Below, one piece after another: positions 56,060-64,000 of a stretch of DNA of 64,000 nucleotides (positions within the stretch are counted from its first letter, which is position 1; every line of letters starts with the position of its first letter). The translations under genes were made by a program, and so were the position numbers. The notes under the pieces are model-generated. The model was not told the origin of the DNA. It did no database searches and saw only the letters and a list, made by a program, of their open reading frames with translations. Origin of the DNA: Auanema rhodensis (Eukaryota; Animalia; Nematoda); contig OZ059897.1 in the NCBI GenBank assembly GCA_964057225.1, positions 17,732,001 through 17,796,000 on the forward strand, read 5' to 3'.

Positions 56060-56410
56060 CACTATACTACATTGAGAAACGCTTAATACAAAAATTAGTT
56101 ATGATCGTTTGAAAAATGATGCATTAGTGTATGTTGAGTTTCCATGTACACTCAACATTGCTTCCAAAAACATTTTGACAAAAATTTTTTCGAAAAATTT
56201 CAAAATAATTTAGCAAAAAGTAGATGTTTTTAGATTTCTTTTTTCAAGGCAAAGACGATGGACAATGTTATTCAACGAAAAAATTAATTCTTCAGGGTGA
56301 AAATCGAGGATATAAGTGTGAACTTATATCAGTTGATATATCGGTGCATTTTTAAGCTAGCGCAAATCTGATAACACAGATCGACGCAGCTTAAAAATCC
56401 GCATCGAATG

Positions 56411-58454
56411 CACTATACTACATTGAGAAACGCTTAATACAAAAATTAGTTATGATCGTTTGAAAAATGATGCATTAGTGTATGTTGAGTTTCCATGTAC
56501 ACTCAACATTGCTTCCAAAAACATTTTGACAAAAATTTTTTCGAAAAATTTCAAAATAATTTTGCAAAAAGTAGATGTTTTCAGATTTCTTTTTTCAAGG
56601 CAAAGACGATGGACAATGTTATTCAACGAAAAAATTAATTCTTCAGGGTGAAAATCGAGGATATAAGTGTGAACTTATATCAGTTGATATCTCGGTGCAT
56701 TTTTAAGCTAGCGCAAATCTGATAACACAGATCGACGCAGCTCAAAAATCCGCATCGAATGCACTGCACTACATTGAGAAACGCTTAATTCAAAAGTTAG
56801 TTATGATCGTTTGAAAAATGATGCATTAGTGTATGTTGAGTTTCCATGTACACTCAACATTGCTTCCAAAAACATTTTGACAAAAATTTTTTCGAAAAAT
56901 TTCAAAATAATTTTGCAAAAAGTAGATGTTTTCAGATTTCTTTTTTCAAGGCAAAGACGATGGACAATGTTATTCAACGAAAAAATTAATTCTTCAGGGT
57001 GAAAATCGAGGATATAAGTGTGAACTTATATCAGTTGATATCTCGGTGCATTTTTAAGCTAGCGCAAATCTGATAACACAGATCGACGCAGCTCAAAAAT
57101 CCGCATCGAATGCACTGCACTACATTGAGAAACACTTAATACAAAAATTAGTTATGATCGTTTGAAAAATGATGCATTAGTGTATGTTGAGTTTCCATGT
57201 ACACTCAACATTGCTTCCAAAAACATTTTGACAAAAATTTTTTTTATGTTTTTAGATTCCTTTTTTCAAGGCAAAGACGATGGACAATGTTATTCAACGA
57301 AAAAATTAATTCTTCAGGGTGAAAATCGAGGATATAAGTGTGAACTTATATCAGTTGATATCTCGGTGCATTTTTAAGCTAGCGCAAATCTGATAACACA
57401 GATCGACGCAGCTTAAAAATCCGCATCGAATGCACTATACTACATTGAGAAACGCTTAATACAAAAATTAGTTATGATCGTTTGAAAAATGATGCATTAG
57501 TGTATGTTGAGTTTCCATGTACACTCAACATTGCTTCCAAAAACATTTTGACAAAAATTTTTTCGAAAAATTTCAAAATAATTTTGCAAAAAGTAGATGT
57601 TTTCAGATTTCTTTTTTCAAGGCAAAGACGATGGACAATGTTATTCAACGAAAAAATTAATTCTTCAGGGTGAAAATCGAGGATATAAGTGTGAACTTAT
57701 ATCAGTTGATATCTCGGTGCATTTTTAAGCTAGCGCAAATCTGATAACACAGATCGACGCAGCTCAAAAATCCGCATCGAATGCACTGCACTACATTGAG
57801 AAACGCTTAATTCAAAAGTTAGTTATGATCGTTTGAAAAATGATGCATTAGTGTATGTTGAGTTTCCATGTACACTCAACATTGCTTCCAAAAACATTTT
57901 GACAAAAATTTTTTCGAAAAATTTCAAAATAATTTTGCAAAAAGTAGATGTTTTCAGATTTCTTTTTTCAAGGCAAAGACGATGGACAATGTTATTCAAC
58001 GAAAAAATTAATTCTTCAGGGTGAAAATCGAGGATATAAGTGTGAACTTATATCAGTTGATATCTCGGTGCATTTTTAAGCTAGCGCAAATCTGATAACA
58101 CAGATCGACGCAGCTCAAAAATCCGCATCGAATGCACTGCACTACATTGAGAAACACTTAATACAAAAATTAGTTATGATCGTTTGAAAAATGATGCATT
58201 AGTGTATGTTGAGTTTCCATGTACACTCAACATTGCTTCCAAAAACATTTTGACAAAAATTTTTTTTATGTTTTTAGATTCCTTTTTTCAAGGCAAAGAC
58301 GATGGACAATGTTATTCAACGAAAAAATTAATTCTTCAGGGTGAAAATCGAGGATATAAGTGTGAACTTATATCAGTTGATATATCGGTGCATTTTTAAG
58401 CTAGCGCAAATCTGATAACACAGATCGACGCAGCTTAAAAATCCGCATCGAATG
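56411..58454 (+). repeat. Tandem 3-monomer (1022-bp) duplication, each copy ending in a 320-bp deletion monomer (starts 57113, 58135)
   Basis: The junction gacaaaaattttttttatgtttttag occurs at ~57240 and ~58262, and the ORF-track pattern repeats at +1022. Confidence 0.93.
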
Positions 58455-61400
58455 CACTATACTACATTGAGAAACGCTTATTACAAAAATTAGTTATGAT
58501 CGTTTGAAAAATGATGCATTAGTGTATGTTGAGTTTCCATGTACACTCAACATTGCTTCCAAAAAAATTTTGACAAAAATTTTTTCGAAAAATTTCAAAA
58601 TAATTTAGCAAAAAGTAGATGTTTTTAGATTTCTTTTTTCAAGGCAAAGACGATGGACAATGTTATTCAACGAAAAAATTAATTCTTCAGGGTGAAAATC
58701 GAGGATATAAGTGTGAACTTATATCAGTTGATATATCGGTGCATTTTTAAGCTAGCACAAATCTGATAACACAGATCGACGCAGCTTAAAAATCCGCATC
58801 GAATGCACTATACTACATTGAGAAACGCTTAATACAAAAATTAGTTATGATCGTTTGAAAAATGATGCATTAGTGTATGTTGAGTTTCCATGTACACTCA
58901 ACATTGCTTCCAAAAACATTTTGACAAAAATTTTTTCGAAAAATTTCAAAATAATTTTGCAAAAAGTAGATGTTTTCAGATTTCTTTTTTCAAGGCAAAG
59001 ACGATGGACAATGTTATTCAACGAAAAAATTAATTCTTCAGGGTGAAAATCGAGGATATAAGTGTGAACTTATATCAGTTGATATCTCGGTGCATTTTTA
59101 AGCTAGCGCAAATCTGATAACACAGATCGACGCAGCTCAAAAATCCGCATCGAATGCACTGCACTACATTGAGAAACGCTTAATTCAAAAGTTAGTTATG
59201 ATCGTTTGAAAAATGATTCATTAGTGTATGTTGAGTTTCCATGTACACTCAACATTGCTTCCAAAAACATTTTGACAAAAACTTTTTCGAAAAATTTCAA
59301 AATAATTTAACAAAAAGTACATTTTTGTAGGTTCCTTTTTTCAAGGCAAAGACGATGGACAATGTTATTCAACGAAAAAATTAATTCTTCAGGGTGAAAA
59401 TCGAGGATATAAGTGTGAACATATATCAGTTGATATCTCGGTGCATTTTTAAGCTAGCGCAAATCTGATAACACAGATCGACGCAGCTTAAAAATCCGCA
59501 TCGAATGCACTATACTACATTGAGAAACGCATAATACAAAAATTAGTTATGATCGTTTGAAAAATGATGCATTAGTGTATGTTGAGTTTCCATGTACACT
59601 CAACATTGCTTCCAAAAACATTTTGACAAAAATTTTTTCGAAAAATTTCAAAATAATTTAACAAAAAGTACATTTTTGTAGGTTCCTTTTTTCAAGGCAA
59701 AGACGATGGACAATGTTATTCAACGAAAAAATTAATTCTTCAGGGTGAAAATCGAGGATATAAGTGTGAACTTATATCAGTTGATATCTCGGTGCATTTT
59801 TAAGCTAGCGCAAATCTGATAACACAGATCGACGCAGCTCAAAAATCCGCATCGAATGCACTGCACTACATTGAGAAACGCTTAATTCAAAAGTTAGTTA
59901 TGATCGTTTGAAAAATGATGCATTAGTGTATGTTGAGTTTCCATGTACACTCAACATTGCTTCCAAAAACATTTTGACAAAAACTTTTTCGAAAAATTTC
60001 AAAATAATTTAACAAAAAGTACATTTTTGTAGGTTCCTTTTTTCAAGGCAAAGACGATGGACAATGTTATTCAACGAAAAAATTAATTCTTCAGGGTGAA
60101 AATCGAGGATATAAGTGTGAACTTATATCAGTTGATATCTCGGTGCATTTTTAAGCTAGCGCAAATCTGATAACACAGATCGACGCAGCTTAAAAATCCG
60201 CATCGAATGCACTGCACTACATTGAGAAACACTTAATACAAAAATTAGTTATGATCGTTTGAAAAATGATGCATTAGTGTATGTTGAGTTTCCATGTACA
60301 CTCAACATTGCTTCCAAAAACATTTTGACAAAAATTTTTTCGAAAAATTTCAAAATAATTTAGCAAAAAGTAGATGTTTTTAGATTCCTTTTTTCAAGGC
60401 AAAGACGATGGACAATGTTATTCAACGAAAAAATTAATTCTTCAGGGTGAAAATCGAGGATATAAGTGTGAACTTATATCAGTTGATATCTCGGTGCATT
60501 TTTAAGCTAGCGCAAATCTAATAACACAGATCGACGCAACTTAAAAATCCGCATCAAATGCACTATACTACATTGAGAAACGCTTAATACAAAAATTAGT
60601 TATGATCGTTTGAAAAATGATGCATTAGTGTATGTTGAGTTTCCATGTACACTCAACATTGCTTCCAAAAACATTTTGACAAAAATTTTTTCGAAAAATT
60701 TCAAAATAATTTAGCAAAAAGTAGATGTTTTTAGATTCCTTTTTTCAAGGCAAAGACGATGGACAATGTTATTCAACGAAAAAATTAATTCTTCAGGGTG
60801 CAAATCGAGGATATAAGTGTGAACTTATATCAGTTGATATCTCGGTGCATTTTTAAGCTAGCGCAAATCTGATAACACAGATCGACGCAGCTCAAAAATC
60901 CGCATCGAATGCACTGCACTACATTGAGAAACACTTAATACAAAAATTAGTTATGATCGTTTGAAAAATGATGCATTAGTGTATGTTGAGTTTCCATGTA
61001 CACTCAACATTGCTTCCAAAAACATTTTGACAAAAATTTTTTCGAAAAATTTCAAAATAATTTAGCAAAAAGTAGATGTTTTTAGATTCCTTTTTTCAAG
61101 GCAAAGACGATGGACAATGTTATTCAACGAAAAAATTAATTCTTCAGGGTGAAAATCGAGGATATAAGTGTGAACTTATATCAGTTGATATCTCGGTGCA
61201 TTTTTAAGCTAGCGCAAATCTGATAACACAGATCGACGCAGCTCAAAAATCCGCATCGAATGCACTGCACTACATTGAGAAACGCTTAATTCAAAAGTTA
61301 GTTATGATCGTTTGAAAAATGATGCATTAGTGTATGTTGAGTTTCCATGTACACTCAACATTGCTTCCAAAAACATTTTGACAAAAATTTTTTCGAAAAA

Positions 61401-64000
61401 TTTCAAAATAATTTTGCAAAAAGTAGATGTTTTCAGATTTCTTTTTTCAAGGCAAAGACGATGGACAATGTTATTCAACGAAAAAATTAATTCTTCAGGG
61501 TGAAAATCGAGGATATAAGTGTGAACTTATATCAGTTGATATCTCGGTGCATTTTTAAGCTAGCGCAAATCTGATAACACAGATCGACGCAGCTCAAAAA
61601 TCCGCATCGAATGCACTGCACTACATTGAGAAACGCTTAATTCAAAAGTTAGTTATGATCGTTTGAAAAATGATGCATTAGTGTATGTTGAGTTTCCATG
61701 TACACTCAACATTGCTTCCAAAAACATTTTGACAAAAATTTTTTCGAAAAATTTCAAAATAATTTTGCAAAAAGTAGATGTTTTCAGATTTCTTTTTTCA
61801 AGGCAAAGACGATGGACAATGTTATTCAACAAAAAAATTAATTCTTCAGGGTGAAAATCGAGGATATAAGTGTGAACTTATATCAGTTGATATCTCGGTG
61901 CATTTTTAAGCTAGCGCAAATCTGATAACACAGATCGACGCAGCTCAAAAATCCGCATCGAATGCACTGCACTACATTGAGAAACGCTTAATTCAAAAGT
62001 TAGTTATGATCGTTTGAAAAATGATGCATTAGTGTATGTTGAGTTTCCATGTACACTCAACATTGCTTCCAAAAACATTTTGACAAAAATTTTTTCGAAA
62101 AATTTCAAAATAATTTTGCAAAAAGTAGATGTTTTCAGATTTCTTTTTTCAAGGCAAAGACGATGGACAATGTTATTCAACGAAAAAATTAATTCTTCAG
62201 GGTGAAAATCGAGGATATAAGTGTGAACTTATATCAGTTGATATATCGGTGCATTTTTAAGCTAGCGCAAATCTGATAACACAGATCGACGCAGCTTAAA
62301 AATCCGCATCGAATGCACTATACTACATTGAGAAACGCTTAATACAAAAATTAGTTATGATCGTTTGAAAAATGATGCATTAGTGTATGTTGAGTTTCCA
62401 TGTACACTCAACATTGCTTCCAAAAACATTTTGACAAAAATTTTTTCGAAAAATTTCAAAATAATTTTGCAAAAAGTAGATGTTTTCAGATTTCTTTTTT
62501 CAAGGCAAAGACGATGGACAAAGTTATTCAACGAAAAAATTAATTCTTCAGGGTGAAAATCGAGGATATAAGTGTGAACTTATATCAGTTGATATCTCGG
62601 TGCATTTTTAAGCTAGCGCAAATCTGATAACACAGATCGACGCAGCTCAAAAATCCGCATCGAATGCACTGCACTACATTGAGAAACGCTTAATTCAAAA
62701 GTTAGTTATGATCGTTTGAAAAATGATGCATTAGTGTATGTTGAGTTTCCATGTACACTCAACATTGCTTCCAAAAACATTTTGACAAAAATTTTTTCGA
62801 AAAATTTCAAAATAATTTAACAAAAAGTACATTTTTGTAGGTTCCTTTTTTCAAGGCAAAGACGATGGACAATGTTATTCAACGAAAAAATTAATTCTTC
62901 AGGGTGAAAATCGAGGATATAAGTGTGAACTTATATCAGTTGATATCTCGGTGCATTTTTAAGCTAGCGCAAATCTGATAACACAGATCGACGCAGCTCA
63001 AAAATCCGCATCGAATGCACTGCACTACATTGAGAAACGCTTAATTCAAAAGTTAGTTATGATCGTTTGAAAAATGATGCATTAGTGTATGTTGAGTTTC
63101 CATGTACACTCAACATTGCTTCCAAAAACATTTTGACAAAAACTTTTTCGAAAAATTTCAAAATAATTTAACAAAAAGTACATTTTTGTAGGTTCCTTTT
63201 TTCAAGGCAAAGACGATGGACAATGTTATTCAACGAAAAAATTAATTCTTCAGGGTGAAAATCGAGGATATAAGTGTGAACTTATATCAGTTGATATCTC
63301 GGTGCATTTTTAAGCTAGCGCAAATCTGATAACACAGATCGACGCAGCTTAAAAATCCGCATCGAATGCACTGCACTACATTGAGAAACACTTAATACAA
63401 AAATTAGTTATGATCGTTTGAAAAATGATGCATTAGTGTATGTTGAGTTTCCATGTACACTCAACATTGCTTCCAAAAACATTTTGACAAAAATTTTTTC
63501 GAAAAATTTCAAAATAATTTAGCAAAAAGTAGATGTTTTTAGATTCCTTTTTTCAAGGCAAAGACGATGGACAATGTTATTCAACGAAAAAATTAATTCT
63601 TCAGGGTGAAAATCGAGGATATAAGTGTGAACTTATATCAGTTGATATCTCGGTGCATTTTTAAGCTAGCGCAAATCTAATAACACAGATCGACGCAACT
63701 TAAAAATCCGCATCAAATGCACTATACTACATTGAGAAACGCTTAATACAAAAATTAGTTATGATCGTTTGAAAAATGATGCATTAGTGTATGTTGAGTT
63801 TCCATGTACACTCAACATTGCTTCCAAAAACATTTTGACAAAAATTTTTTCGAAAAATTTCAAAATAATTTAGCAAAAAGTAGATGTTTTTAGATTCCTT
63901 TTTTCAAGGCAAAGACGATGGACAATGTTATTCAACGAAAAAATTAATTCTTCAGGGTGCAAATCGAGGATATAAGTGTGAACTTATATCAGTTGATATC

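Larger units (their letters stand above)
1..64000. repeat. Tandem satellite DNA array, 351-bp AT-rich monomer, ~182.8 head-to-tail copies; runs off both window ends
   Basis: The monomer start (cactatactacattgag...) recurs at 1, 352, 703 and 1054, then at 1404+351n exactly up to 53352 (e.g. 16848, 50544). The last, partial copy starts at 63720. Copies differ by only a few substitutions and no non-repeat sequence was seen. Confidence 0.99.

Noticed and set aside
57162-58399. Two 71-aa ORFs
   Set aside because: They are frameshift read-through products of the net 31-bp deletion.
16897-62556. Fifteen 63-aa ORFs (MKNDALVYVEF...)
   Set aside because: They start at TTG within the satellite monomer and exist only where A153T turns a TAG/TAA stop into TTG. 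About 90% of copies have the stop. There is no recognisable domain, and the K/F/I/N-rich composition simply reflects A/T tracts.
1-64000. CRISPR array or repeat-spacer system
   Set aside because: There are no unique spacers, the entire 351-bp unit is repeated, and there are no cas genes.
1-64000. Pure assembly or concatemer artefact
   Set aside because: Hierarchically shared SNP haplotypes and inherited deletions indicate real evolutionary history. Exact copy number in the most homogeneous tracts remains unverified.

Overview
The whole 64,000-bp window is one uninterrupted, head-to-tail array of a 351-bp AT-rich satellite monomer: about 182.8 copies, about 32% GC (111/351 counted in copy 1), all in one orientation. 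I found no insertions, inversions or unique sequence. Copies differ by only a handful of substitutions. The 351-bp phase is broken only by a 1-bp deletion (~1085), four 25-bp deletion monomers (53.4-55.9 kb) and two net 31-bp deletion monomers (57.2 and 58.3 kb). This looks like eukaryotic (peri)centromeric or heterochromatic satellite DNA. CpG is not depleted, which suggests a weakly methylating host such as an insect, but I cannot name the family or species. There are no credible genes: all 17 listed ORFs come from satellite variants that remove an in-frame stop. The interesting signals are (i) a monomer built from consecutive inverted repeats, (ii) linked variants that tend to perfect those palindromes and deletions that remove them, and (iii) layered higher-order structure readable from shared SNPs (a 2-mer tract, a degenerate ~10-mer cassette, and 3-, 4-, 9-, 11- and 15-unit duplications). 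I see no evidence of a novel gene-based system.
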